64,000 nucleotides of DNA from Myxococcales bacterium (lineage in GTDB: Bacteria > Myxococcota_A > Polyangia > Polyangiales > GCA-016699535). The first letter of the stretch is position 1; each line of letters opens with the position of its first letter. This document shows, in pieces, positions 1 through 8,535 of the stretch. Location: positions 1,587,301 to 1,651,300 of the forward strand of contig JACKDX010000001.1 of assembly GCA_020633325.1 (NCBI GenBank), in the 5' to 3' direction. The translations under genes and the position numbers were made by a program. The notes beneath the pieces are model-generated. The model was not told where the DNA came from. It did not search any database and saw only the letters and a program-made list of their open reading frames with translations.

Positions 1-549
1 AAGCGCGACATTGCTGCTGCGTCCGTAGATGCCACGGTCGGTGATTATGATAATCAGTGCCTGCTGACGGGCGGACGGTGGGGAGGTCGTGAGGGCCGCA
101 AGCATGGGCCCGCGCGCACCAGCGCCGATATGCCCCCATCGCGTCAACACGCTTAAAGCTTCGCGGTTGTTGAGTGCGACATCGAGGTCCTCAGGGACAT
201 CAGGAAGGGGGCGCAGCGCCACAGCCAGATCGGCACTCAAACGCCAGGGGCCTGACCCAGAGGGCGCTCGCAGCAGACAGTGCTCGTTCGAGTACGCCTT
301 GCCATTGCGGTCGAGCTCGGCAACCTGCCGGACCAATGCTCCGAACGTCGTCTCAGGGCTGAGAGCCCGTGAAGCGAGCGATTCCCGCAATACATCGTCC
401 TGTTCGGCGCCGGTCCCCATGGCCGTGTTTTGATCGGTCCTTAGAGCCGTGGACGGCGTTCCCTCGACCGCGTCTGGACCCTGGTGACAGGCCATGTGAA
501 AGAGGGCGTACGCGATGGCGACGGGGCGGAAAGAGCCGTATGCACGCAT
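1..549 (-). CDS. hypothetical protein, 3' end cut by window edge
   Basis: Hand translation of the minus strand. ATG at 549 (MRAYGSFRPVAIAYALFHMACHQ...) follows AAGGAGA (562..556) with a 6-nt spacer. The frame is open for all 183 codons to position 1. It lies 24 nt downstream of secG on the same strand. It is missing from the ORF track because it has no stop in the window. Confidence 0.5.
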   Translation of the reverse strand, partial: MRAYGSFRPVAIAYALFHMACHQGPDAVEGTPSTALRTDQNTAMGTGAEQDDVLRESLASRALSPETTFGALVRQVAELDRNGKAYSNEHCLLRAPSGSGPWRLSADLAVALRPLPDVPEDLDVALNNREALSVLTRWGHIGAGARGPMLAALTTSPPSARQQALIIIITDRGIYGRSSNVAL

Positions 550-572
550 GGCGAATCTCCTTTTGGGCGAGG

Positions 573-1028
573 TTATGGGCTTGGGAGTGCTGGGGGGCCG
601 GGCTCAGCGCCGCGATCGGAAGAGCCGGGTGCGGTACGTGCCGGGATGTCGCGCTCAGGCACGCTCATGGGCGCGTTGGGCAGAGGTGTGGTGTTCGGCC
701 CTTTGCCGAGGGATTTTTTCGAGGGTTTGGTGTGAGCTGCCTTGGATGTATTGCTGGGGGCCTGAGTTGTTTTCGCAGCTTTTTCGAGAGCAGACTCACC
801 ATGTCCCGACGACATATAGGAAAGGGTGGCTGACAATATCATAAACAGCGCAGCACAGACTGAGGTAAGCCGCGTCAGGAAGTCGCTCGCGCCCGCGCCG
901 CCAAAGACTGTCTGGGTCGTGCCTCCAAAAGCAGAGCCCATGCCGCCGCCTTTTCCGGCCTGCAAAAGCACGACCAAAATCAGGAACATGCAAATAAAGA
1001 CGTAAAATATGGCTAGCGCGGTAAACAT
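573..1028 (-). CDS. secG: preprotein translocase subunit SecG with a long low-complexity C-terminal tail
   Basis: ORF 573..1073 trimmed to the internal ATG at 1028 (MFTALAIFYVFICMFLILVVLLQAGKGGGMGSAFGG...). Shows the SecG LLQxGKGGG loop between two TM helices. Sits after tpiA, the conserved position. Confidence 0.8.
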   Translation of the reverse strand: MFTALAIFYVFICMFLILVVLLQAGKGGGMGSAFGGTTQTVFGGAGASDFLTRLTSVCAALFMILSATLSYMSSGHGESALEKAAKTTQAPSNTSKAAHTKPSKKSLGKGPNTTPLPNAPMSVPERDIPARTAPGSSDRGAEPGPPALPSP

Positions 1029-1091
1029 AGGAGATCTTTCGCAGGCCGTAAGCTTCCACGAAACGCGACACATCGCAAGGGGTGGCCCTTC

Positions 1092-1892
1092 TTACCTGCT
1101 CATCCAGGCCCTGTTGCTCTCTTTGGCGATGGATAAGAAATCCTTGGCATTGAGAGAAGCACCCCCCACCAAAGCGCCATCGATGTCAGGCCCAGACATC
1201 AACGCATAGGCGTTGTCGGGTTTGACGCTTCCGCCGTAGAGTATCCGCACGTGCCGAGCGCTCGATACGCCCATGAGCTTGCCCAAATGATCTCGAATGG
1301 TGCGATGCATGTGCTGCGCATCCTCTGGCGTGGCGGTTTTACCTGTGCCTATCGCCCACACGGGCTCGTAAGCGACGACGAGGCTATCTGAGCCGAGGTG
1401 GTCCATGCCTGCTAAGGCGGCACCGAGCTGGCGCACCACCACCTGTGTCGCCCGGCCATCTTCACGCTCAGTGAGCGATTCTCCGACGCAAAGAATGGGA
1501 ATGAGCCCGTGCTCGAGCAGTGCTCGTACCTTGCGTTGAACTGTTGTGTCGTCATCGCCGAAGTACTGACGCCGCTCGGAGTGGCCTATGATGCAGTGGC
1601 TGCAACCGACGTCTTTGAGCAAAGGTGCGCTCACTTCTCCAGTGTAGGCTCCCTTGTCCTCGAAAAAACAGTCCTGCCCCGCCAAAGCGATGACGCTCCC
1701 TGCCAAGCTATGGGCAGCCGTCTGTAGTGCGGTGAACGGGGGCGCCACGAGCAAAGATAGCTCTGAATCTGAGTGCTTGGTTTGCGTCGCGAGCGTTTCG
1801 CACCACGAGCGGGTCTCTTCAAGCGTGTGATGGAGCTTCCAGTTTCCTGCGATCAGGGGGACGCGAATGTCTGCATGGCCCCCGTTGTTCAT
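1092..1892 (-). CDS. tpiA: triosephosphate isomerase
   Basis: Motifs IAGNWKLH, IIGHSERR, AYEPVWAIGTG and ILYGGS. ATGA overlap with the pgk stop at 1889-1892. Confidence 0.95.
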   Translation of the reverse strand: MNNGGHADIRVPLIAGNWKLHHTLEETRSWCETLATQTKHSDSELSLLVAPPFTALQTAAHSLAGSVIALAGQDCFFEDKGAYTGEVSAPLLKDVGCSHCIIGHSERRQYFGDDDTTVQRKVRALLEHGLIPILCVGESLTEREDGRATQVVVRQLGAALAGMDHLGSDSLVVAYEPVWAIGTGKTATPEDAQHMHRTIRDHLGKLMGVSSARHVRILYGGSVKPDNAYALMSGPDIDGALVGGASLNAKDFLSIAKESNRAWMSR

Positions 1893-3064
1893 ATCTCAAG
1901 CGCCTCTACCCCTGGCAGCGTCTTGCCTTCGAGAAACTCAAGCGACGCGCCCCCGCCTGTCGACAGGTGAGTGTATGCATCGGCGAGCCCCAGCTGGTGA
2001 ACGGCCGCGACGCTGTCACCACCGCCCACCACGCTTATTGCGCCGCAATCCGCGATCGCACGCGCTACGCCAAGCGTGCCTTCTGAGAAACTGGGATTCT
2101 CAAACACGCCCATTGGGCCGTTCCAAAACACCGTTTCGACACCAGTCAATGCTGCACGGAACGCGGCGACTGATTGAGGACCGATATCAAGCGCCATGGA
2201 ATCCTTGGGCACCTCGCTAACGCGCACCACCTGGCCGCGGGTTTGCTTCGCATCAGATGCCACCACCAAGTCGGTCGGCAACCGCACGTCGACTTTGCTT
2301 CGTTTTGCGCGCTCCAACACGCTGCGCGCCATCGCCAGCCGATCCTGTTCGACGAGGCTACGACCCAGGTCGAAACCCTGTGCGGCCAAGAAGGTATTCG
2401 CCATCGCACCACCGATGATGAGACGATCGACACGTTCGAGCAATGACTGTATCACGTCAATTTTCCCGGATACTTTCGCGCCGCCCAAGACGGCCGCGTA
2501 GGGATGTTTGGCATGATCACGAAGCATGCCCAAAGTAGCAAGCTCCTTCGTGAGTAAGAGGCCGGCGGCACGCTCCGGCATGAGTCGGGGAAGGGCTACG
2601 ACCGAGGCATGGGCGCGATGGGCGGCGCCGAACGCGTCGTTGATGTATACGTCTGCCAGTTTTTGAAGCTCTTTGGCAAACTTTTCATCGTTCGCCTCCT
2701 CGCCTGGGTGAAACCTGAGATTCTCAAGGAGCGCGATCTGCCCGTCGCGCAAATCGTAGACCACCTTGCGAGCGCCATCCCCTATGCAATCGTCGGTCAG
2801 GCGCACCTCGGTTTCCAGCAGCTCCGCTAAACAGACGCCGACCGGCTCAAGAGAGAATTGCGGTGCCGGCGCCCCTTTGGGGCGACCGAGATGGGAGGCG
2901 AGCACCACATGCGCCCCTTCGTCCATCAGGGTTCGGATGGTGGGCAGCGTGGCAAGAATGCGGCTCTTGTCAGTGATGACGCCGTCGTCAAGCGGTACGT
3001 TGAAGTCCACGCGCACGAACACGCGTCGACTCTCCAAGGGGAAATCCCCAACGTGTTTGATCAC
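1889..3064 (-). CDS. pgk: phosphoglycerate kinase
   Basis: Motifs FVRVDFNVPL, SHLGRPKG and GGGDS. The ORF runs to 3124, but I place the start at in-frame GTG 3064 (MIKHVGDF...), directly after the gap stop at 3067. This gives a typical Pgk length. Confidence 0.93.
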   Translation of the reverse strand: MIKHVGDFPLESRRVFVRVDFNVPLDDGVITDKSRILATLPTIRTLMDEGAHVVLASHLGRPKGAPAPQFSLEPVGVCLAELLETEVRLTDDCIGDGARKVVYDLRDGQIALLENLRFHPGEEANDEKFAKELQKLADVYINDAFGAAHRAHASVVALPRLMPERAAGLLLTKELATLGMLRDHAKHPYAAVLGGAKVSGKIDVIQSLLERVDRLIIGGAMANTFLAAQGFDLGRSLVEQDRLAMARSVLERAKRSKVDVRLPTDLVVASDAKQTRGQVVRVSEVPKDSMALDIGPQSVAAFRAALTGVETVFWNGPMGVFENPSFSEGTLGVARAIADCGAISVVGGGDSVAAVHQLGLADAYTHLSTGGGASLEFLEGKTLPGVEALEI

Positions 3065-3066
3065 GG

Positions 3067-4080
3067 CTAGCCCTTTTGTCCCATGTATTGGGTGAGGTCG
3101 ACCATACGGGCAGAAAAGCCCCACTCGTTGTCATACCAACTCTGCACCTCGACGAGGTCGTCGCCGACGACCTGTGTCTGCGCCGCATCGACAATCGAAG
3201 AGCGGGTATCTCCAATAAAATCGCAAGAGACCAACGGCCGCGTCTCGTAACCCAAGATGTCCTTGAGCGTGGTTTCTGAAGCGGCCTTCAGGGCTTGGTT
3301 TACCTCATCTCGAGAGGTCTTTTTGCTGACTTTGGCCGTCAAACATGTGATGGACCCATCGGGGGTGGGCACCCGGATGGACGTGCCATCGAGCTTGCCT
3401 TTGAGCTCAGGTAACACCAGGCCGATGGCCTTGGCAGCCCCCGTGGTTGACGGGATCATGGAAAGCGCCGCAGCCCGCGCGCGCCGAAAATCCTTATGAG
3501 CCAAGTCCAGGATGCGCTGGTCGTTGGTATAAGAGTGCACCGTCACCATGTGGGCTGCGACGATGCCAAAACTGTCGTGGACCACCTTGGCGATGGGGGC
3601 AAGACAGTTGGTCGTGCATGATGCATTAGAGACCACCATGTGTTTCGCCGGATCGAACTCCTTGTGATTGATACCAAAGCAAAATGTGGCGTCGATATCT
3701 TTTTCTCCGGGTGCGCTGATGATCACGCGCTTGGCGCCAGCCTCGATATGCATGGATGCTTGGGCGCGACTGCGAAATCGCCCGGTACACTCGAGCACGA
3801 TCTCAGCTTCTTGCTTGCGCCAGGGAAGCGCCGCCGGGTTTTTTTCGGCAAATATCGGGATTTTTTGATCCCCCACGGAAAGGGCGTTGCCCTCGGCACG
3901 AACTGGCATGGAAAACGTGTGATGCACGGAGTCAAACTCAAGCAGATGCGCCATCACTTCCGCGCTCTCGAGATCGTTGATGCCGACCACACGGAGATCG
4001 GAACGCTTATCTAAGAGAATTTGTCGAAGGATACATCGGCCGATGCGACCGAAACCATTGATGGCAATGTTCGTGGGCAT
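3067..4080 (-). CDS. gap: glyceraldehyde-3-phosphate dehydrogenase
   Basis: N-terminal INGFGRIGR Rossmann motif and catalytic SNASCTTNCLAP. First gene of the gap-pgk-tpiA-secG block. Confidence 0.95.
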   Translation of the reverse strand: MPTNIAINGFGRIGRCILRQILLDKRSDLRVVGINDLESAEVMAHLLEFDSVHHTFSMPVRAEGNALSVGDQKIPIFAEKNPAALPWRKQEAEIVLECTGRFRSRAQASMHIEAGAKRVIISAPGEKDIDATFCFGINHKEFDPAKHMVVSNASCTTNCLAPIAKVVHDSFGIVAAHMVTVHSYTNDQRILDLAHKDFRRARAAALSMIPSTTGAAKAIGLVLPELKGKLDGTSIRVPTPDGSITCLTAKVSKKTSRDEVNQALKAASETTLKDILGYETRPLVSCDFIGDTRSSIVDAAQTQVVGDDLVEVQSWYDNEWGFSARMVDLTQYMGQKG

Positions 4081-4189
4081 AGTTTCACCTGCAAGGAAGG
4101 GTAGGTCGAAAACCTAGCGATCTTAGCCGGCGAAATCAAGCTGCATCGCTGAAATCAACGACAGCCTCTGACGAACGCTCTGGTTGCGA

Positions 4190-4384
4190 CTAGTTATCGA
4201 TGTCGTCGGTCACGAGGTCCAAGAGCTCCGAGGCGAAACTGACGAGCTCAGAGCGGGACAGCCCACCTGACCGCAATTCGCGATACGTGGACTTGGCCAG
4301 TATCCGAAGCGCGCGCGGATCCGAGTCTTGGGAGCTACCTATGGTGGCGGTGGACTCGAGGTGACTGCTGCTGCGTGCTTGCAT
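4190..4384 (-). CDS. small hypothetical protein (64 aa)
   Basis: ORF 4190..4390 (TTG) trimmed to ATG 4384 (MQARSSSHLE...DLVTDDIDN). AAGGAGAG lies 9 nt upstream. A sigma-54-type promoter lies about 40 nt upstream. I recognise no family. Confidence 0.5.
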   Translation of the reverse strand: MQARSSSHLESTATIGSSQDSDPRALRILAKSTYRELRSGGLSRSELVSFASELLDLVTDDIDN

Positions 4385-4421
4385 GGCCAAATACTCTCCT
4401 TGAAATTCGCGCAGCTACACA

Positions 4422-4437
4422 TGCAGCATTCGTGCCA
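4422..4437 (-). promoter_or_regulatory. sigma-54 (RpoN) -24/-12 promoter
   Basis: The minus strand reads TGGCACGAATGCTGCA. GG and GC have the exact consensus spacing of TGGCACG-N4-TTGCW. It sits upstream of the 64-aa ORF. Confidence 0.55.
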
Positions 4438-4495
4438 CATTTGGCGCTGAATGGAAATTTAGAATTATCCAACAGTTTGAGCTACTTACGTTGTG

Positions 4496-4517
4496 AAAAC
4501 TCGGCCGGATGGCCGGA
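4496..4517 (-). terminator. weak rho-independent terminator after the sigma/ABC1 operon
   Basis: The minus strand reads CGGCC-ATCC-GGCCG followed by AGTTTTC, about 75 nt after the ABC1 kinase stop. The stem is short, so this is tentative. Confidence 0.3.
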
Positions 4518-4592
4518 ATTTCCAGCTTCTGCGTAAACTGGTTCGCATCCGAAGGGTGGCGCGCGTAGTGCCCTACGCAGCCAGGAGCGAGC

Positions 4593-6269
4593 TCAGCGCC
4601 GGCGAAATCGGCGGGCAGAGAACATCGATACTGCAGTGAGTACGATGAAAAAAACCGCGGCTCCTACGGCAATGCGCGTCAAACGCAGCTGCCCGTCGAG
4701 ATGCAAGGCGACGGCTGACGCGACGGCCCCCAAGCACAGAATGGCATAGATGAGCTGATGGGCGGCTGCATAGAGCAACTGCGCGGATTGAGGGAGTTCA
4801 CGGATCTGTATCTCAAGTTCGCCCCTCATGGCTTTTGACAAATAGCGGCGCAGATCCTCAGGAACACTGAGCGCACTCAAGGCGGTATCTTTGGTGGCGC
4901 TCACGATAAGTGACGTGAAATCTCGGTGACGACCCAGTACGAACTCTTCCAGATACGGGCGAATCACCACCATGGGGTTCATGAGCGGATCCAGCGTCGT
5001 GCACACTCCGGCCAATAGCAAAATCGTGCGTTCCAACAACACCCAATCCTTAGGGACCTGAAATGCGCTCGTCAGCTCGCGGATTCCAATGTTCTGCCGC
5101 CTGAGATCAAAAAAGTTCTCCATGCTCTTTTGCGGGTCCACCCGAATGTCTTTCAGATTGAGACTTTCGAGATGCACTTCGTCTTGAAATTTGCGATGAA
5201 AGTAATCGATGATACGTTCAGAGGCGCGCTCCGCTTCGCTGCCATGTGCGATGAACCCCATGGTACGGAGCGCACGAAAAATACCCTGCGTATCCCGCTT
5301 GAGGATGGCTTCCAGGAAGTCGGGTATCCCGCGCTTCATGTGTGGGCTGAGCTGCGCGACTGCGCCGAAATCAACCAACACAATCTCCCCGCTTTCGGTG
5401 AGGAGCAGATTTCCTGGGTGGGGATCGGCATGGTAGAATCCGTCGACAAAGATCATCTTGCAGTAGATGCGCACCAGGCGCCGGGCGAGTTCTTGCCGGT
5501 CGTGTCCCCATCTCAGGGCCGCCTCGGGGTCAATGAGCTTCTGACCTTTTTGAAACGTGGTGCTCAATGCGCGGCGCGTAGAGTACTCGAGCAAAGGGGA
5601 GGGGATGCGCACGCCTTTTTCCTCTGCGAGATTGGCAGCAATCACCCGCATTGCGTTCGCCTCACTCACAAAGTCGAGTTCGCTCAGCACCATTTCTTTG
5701 ATCTGGCGATAGATCACATCGAGGCCCTTGACCGGGACAAACCAACCGACGATGCGAAGAATGCGCCATATCGTACGCAGGTCTGAGCGGACCACGTGGT
5801 CGATGTCCTGATGCTGTACTTTGACCACAATCTGGGTGCCGTCCTTGAGAACGGCCCGATGCACTTGGCCCAATGAGGCGCTGGCGAGGGGAACGTCATC
5901 AAAACTCAAAAACATATCGCATGGATCTTGCCCAAGCTCCTCTTTGATTTGCTGCCGGATTTGTGAGACGGGGCGGGCCGGTACCTGGTCCTGAAGCGAC
6001 TCAAGTTGCGCCAAAAATTCGCGAGGCAAAAAGTTTGTCATGATGGATATCAACTGACCCACTTTGATGAAGAGCCCTTGCAGCTCTAAGATTGCGGACT
6101 TAATGCGGCGCGCGTTGTGCGCATGGACCTCAGCCAGCATGCTGTCGTACGAATCCATGGCTCTGAGACGATGACGTAGGTTCAGGCGCACGTAGCTGAG
6201 AATCACCAAGAAGGTGACCCAATAGGCCTTGATGAAGCGCCCGCGCGGTAATCGGTATCGGGCCATCAC
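4593..6269 (-). CDS. ABC1/UbiB-family atypical protein kinase with C-terminal TM helices
   Basis: ABC1 motifs: ASLGQVHRAVLKDG, VKVQHQ, FYHADPHPGNLL and LVDFG. Two hydrophobic helices at the C-terminus. The start (GTG 6269 or ATG 6266) overlaps the sigma factor stop. Confidence 0.9.
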   Translation of the reverse strand: MMARYRLPRGRFIKAYWVTFLVILSYVRLNLRHRLRAMDSYDSMLAEVHAHNARRIKSAILELQGLFIKVGQLISIMTNFLPREFLAQLESLQDQVPARPVSQIRQQIKEELGQDPCDMFLSFDDVPLASASLGQVHRAVLKDGTQIVVKVQHQDIDHVVRSDLRTIWRILRIVGWFVPVKGLDVIYRQIKEMVLSELDFVSEANAMRVIAANLAEEKGVRIPSPLLEYSTRRALSTTFQKGQKLIDPEAALRWGHDRQELARRLVRIYCKMIFVDGFYHADPHPGNLLLTESGEIVLVDFGAVAQLSPHMKRGIPDFLEAILKRDTQGIFRALRTMGFIAHGSEAERASERIIDYFHRKFQDEVHLESLNLKDIRVDPQKSMENFFDLRRQNIGIRELTSAFQVPKDWVLLERTILLLAGVCTTLDPLMNPMVVIRPYLEEFVLGRHRDFTSLIVSATKDTALSALSVPEDLRRYLSKAMRGELEIQIRELPQSAQLLYAAAHQLIYAILCLGAVASAVALHLDGQLRLTRIAVGAAVFFIVLTAVSMFSARRFRRR

Positions 6270-6958
6270 TCCACTTCTTCGAGTGCTTGGCGAAGCAAAT
6301 CGAGCGCCTTCGCGTGTAGACGGCTTGCCCAGGATTTGGAAATATTGAGTTCTTTCGCCACCTCATCGAAATTGCGGTTTTCAAAATAAAAACCGACCAC
6401 CAGCGCTCGCTCGCGCTCGGGCAGTACATCAACTGCCTTTTTGACCAAGGCCACCTGTTGGGCGTGCGCGAGATGCCGCTCGGGATCTTTTGCAAGGACC
6501 TCCTCGCCCTGCCCCATGGCTTCGGCAATATACGCAGTGCTTAACCGACCAAGTATGGCGTAGCTGTGTTCGAGCGCGGTCTTGGTGTCGCTTTTCTGTT
6601 CGGGCGTTTGTGCTGCCACCTCGCCTGCGGGCTCCGCAATGAGATCCGTCGCCTGCGCGAGCTTGAGTTGAGAGTAAGCTCGGCGCGGCAGATAGGCCAT
6701 TTGGCGGATACCATCGAGCACCGCTCCTCGAATGCGATAGTACGCAAAGGTGTTAAATTGAACGCCGCGGCTGGGGTCGAATCGTTGTTTAGCTTCCACC
6801 AAGCCGGTGTAGCCGAACGCGATTAGATCATCGAGCTCGCAGTTGAGATCGAGCTGGGCTTTGAGTTTGTAAGCAATGCTCTTGACGAGTCCGGCATGTT
6901 CCTGAATAAATCGGTCGTCCAGCGTCATGGCGCTCGATGGTATCGGAGGCTCGTGCAT
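6266..6958 (-). CDS. RNA polymerase sigma factor, group 3 (FliA/WhiG/SigD-like)
   Basis: Region 2 reads LIAFGYTGLVEAKQRFDPSRGVQFNTFAYYRIRGAVLDGIR. Region 4 HTH reads RERALVVGFYFENRNFDEVAKELNISKSWASRLHAKAL. An alternative start exists at ATG 6928. Confidence 0.9.
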   Translation of the reverse strand: MHEPPIPSSAMTLDDRFIQEHAGLVKSIAYKLKAQLDLNCELDDLIAFGYTGLVEAKQRFDPSRGVQFNTFAYYRIRGAVLDGIRQMAYLPRRAYSQLKLAQATDLIAEPAGEVAAQTPEQKSDTKTALEHSYAILGRLSTAYIAEAMGQGEEVLAKDPERHLAHAQQVALVKKAVDVLPERERALVVGFYFENRNFDEVAKELNISKSWASRLHAKALDLLRQALEEVE

Positions 6959-7568
6959 GACGGAAGCTATTCCGTTGCGTTTTGGACATACGCTGAGTTT
7001 TGGGAGCCTGTTACAGCAAGCCGCTCGGGAACAGGCTGTGGCGCAGGGCCTGGCGTTGGCCTATGGCGGCTTTCGCCTTCAGGAACGCCGGTTGCTGCTC
7101 AAGAGCATTGAAAGCGAGCTAGCCCACGCGCAAACGCCTCTATTTCCCGTGCTGAGTTATCTTCTCGGGACTGAGACGGACACGGCCGTGGCACGTCAGA
7201 TTGCGAATATGTTGGCTGGGGCCGTCCGCCAGAGACCCGGTGCGGCCGATCACGCGTGGATGGCCGCGTGGGCAGAAGACCAAGGAGCTGGGCTCGTAGG
7301 TTTCGGCCAAGCGGATGGGCGTTTTGAGGTATATGTGCTGGGCTGGGATAGTAGGAGCATGACGGAAGTGCAACGTCATTGCGACCTGGACATAGGGCAG
7401 CTCGAACAAAGGTCTCGCCATTTTAGAGAAGTTCATCAGAAAGGATGGGTCGATGGGGAGATGCGAGTGGTGCTCGATCGGATTTGCGAGATATTGTGGC
7501 GCCGCCGCCTGGCCGCTTCGGCGTTTCGGGCTCCATTGGCGAGCTTTGCGAAGCAGCTCAGGTTATAA
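6957..7568 (+). CDS. hypothetical protein
   Basis: ORF 6927..7568 trimmed to ATG 6957 (MTEAIPLRFGH...), preceded by GGAGG (6945-6949) with a 7-nt spacer. No motifs recognised. mepA follows 6 nt later. Confidence 0.5.
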   Translation: MTEAIPLRFGHTLSFGSLLQQAAREQAVAQGLALAYGGFRLQERRLLLKSIESELAHAQTPLFPVLSYLLGTETDTAVARQIANMLAGAVRQRPGAADHAWMAAWAEDQGAGLVGFGQADGRFEVYVLGWDSRSMTEVQRHCDLDIGQLEQRSRHFREVHQKGWVDGEMRVVLDRICEILWRRRLAASAFRAPLASFAKQLRL

Positions 7569-7574
7569 TCTTAC

Positions 7575-8522
7575 GTGATGCGCGCCCGCAGCAGTCTGGC
7601 TCTTGTTGCCACCTCCGGGTTTCTGCTCTGGGGCAGTTTGGTGGAGGCGGTGACTTCCGATTCCATTTCGGTGGGGAGTCCCAACGAGGGCACGCTCATC
7701 CACGGCGTTCCGCTTGCTGAGTCGGGGCAAGGGTTTGCGCGCAATCCGAGAAGCCCGAATCTTGAGGCGCGCTACGGCACCACGGAGCTTATTACGGAGA
7801 TCACCCAAGCCGCGGCGCGCGTGCAATCTGCGTTTCCGGCGAGCGAGCTCGTGATCAACGATATCAGCCTCCCAAAGGGTGGACCCATTTCGCACCACGG
7901 CTCGCATCAGTCCGGCAGGGATGCGGACGTGCTGTTCTATCTCAGAAATCGTCAGGGTGATCCAATGCCTCCCAAGGGGGTTCCACTCGATGGCAAGGGG
8001 CATGGCTGGGATTTTAAAGATCTGGCCGATCCGGGTGACGATGTATTTGTCACGATAGATGCGCCGCGAACCTGGGCGCTTATTCAAGCCTTGGTCGAAC
8101 ATCCCGACAGCTCCCTTCAGAGGGTATTTATAGTCGAGCACCTTCGCACGCTGTTGTTGAACGAAGCCCGTCGAGCCCATGCCCCCCGCCGATTGATCAT
8201 GCGTGCCGGGCACCTGATGTGCCAGCCTCACGTCGCCCATGACGATCATTTCCACTTTAGATTTTTCTGCGCTCCGGACGATATTCGGTCGGGATGTCAG
8301 GACGTGCGGCCCATCTATCCGTGGCGGCAATCCCAGCTCGACACCGTCGGGGTTAAGCCGGTCTTGGCGCGCCCTTCTCGGCGGCGTGTTTCAGGAAGCA
8401 CTGTGAGCCGCAAAGAAGCGCGAAAAAATGCGGGGCCTATGCATAAAAAAGTGCTGACATTTTTGGGGCTACAAGATGCCTGGAGCGTTCAGCCGCATCC
8501 TGGACGTCGGTGGTGTCCGTGA
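7575..8522 (+). CDS. mepA: penicillin-insensitive murein endopeptidase (MepA-like, peptidase M74)
   Basis: Signal peptide, then zinc-ligand motifs HHGSHQSGRDADV and HVAHDDHFHFRF typical of MepA. Confidence 0.8.
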   Translation: MMRARSSLALVATSGFLLWGSLVEAVTSDSISVGSPNEGTLIHGVPLAESGQGFARNPRSPNLEARYGTTELITEITQAAARVQSAFPASELVINDISLPKGGPISHHGSHQSGRDADVLFYLRNRQGDPMPPKGVPLDGKGHGWDFKDLADPGDDVFVTIDAPRTWALIQALVEHPDSSLQRVFIVEHLRTLLLNEARRAHAPRRLIMRAGHLMCQPHVAHDDHFHFRFFCAPDDIRSGCQDVRPIYPWRQSQLDTVGVKPVLARPSRRRVSGSTVSRKEARKNAGPMHKKVLTFLGLQDAWSVQPHPGRRWCP

Positions 8523-8535
8523 CTTTTCAAGCGTT

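Noticed and set aside
89-844. Plus-strand ORFs 89..433, 174..362, 369..833, 484..735 and 515..844 at the window start
   Set aside because: They overlap one another and lie antisense to secG and to a minus-strand gene that has a strong AAGGAGA-ATG start at 549. Their translations are Arg/Gly/Pro/Ala-rich, typical of shadow frames in GC-rich DNA.
5130-5786. 218-aa ORF antisense to the ABC1 kinase gene. The same pattern occurs at 7563..8330, 16604..17155, 17622..18227, 27795..28556, 30673..31482, 37124..37822, 42858..43622, 53727..54302 and 57736..58599
   Set aside because: Each lies fully inside a confidently identified gene on the opposite strand. None has a recognisable motif. All have the skewed composition expected of antisense frames in GC-rich genomes.
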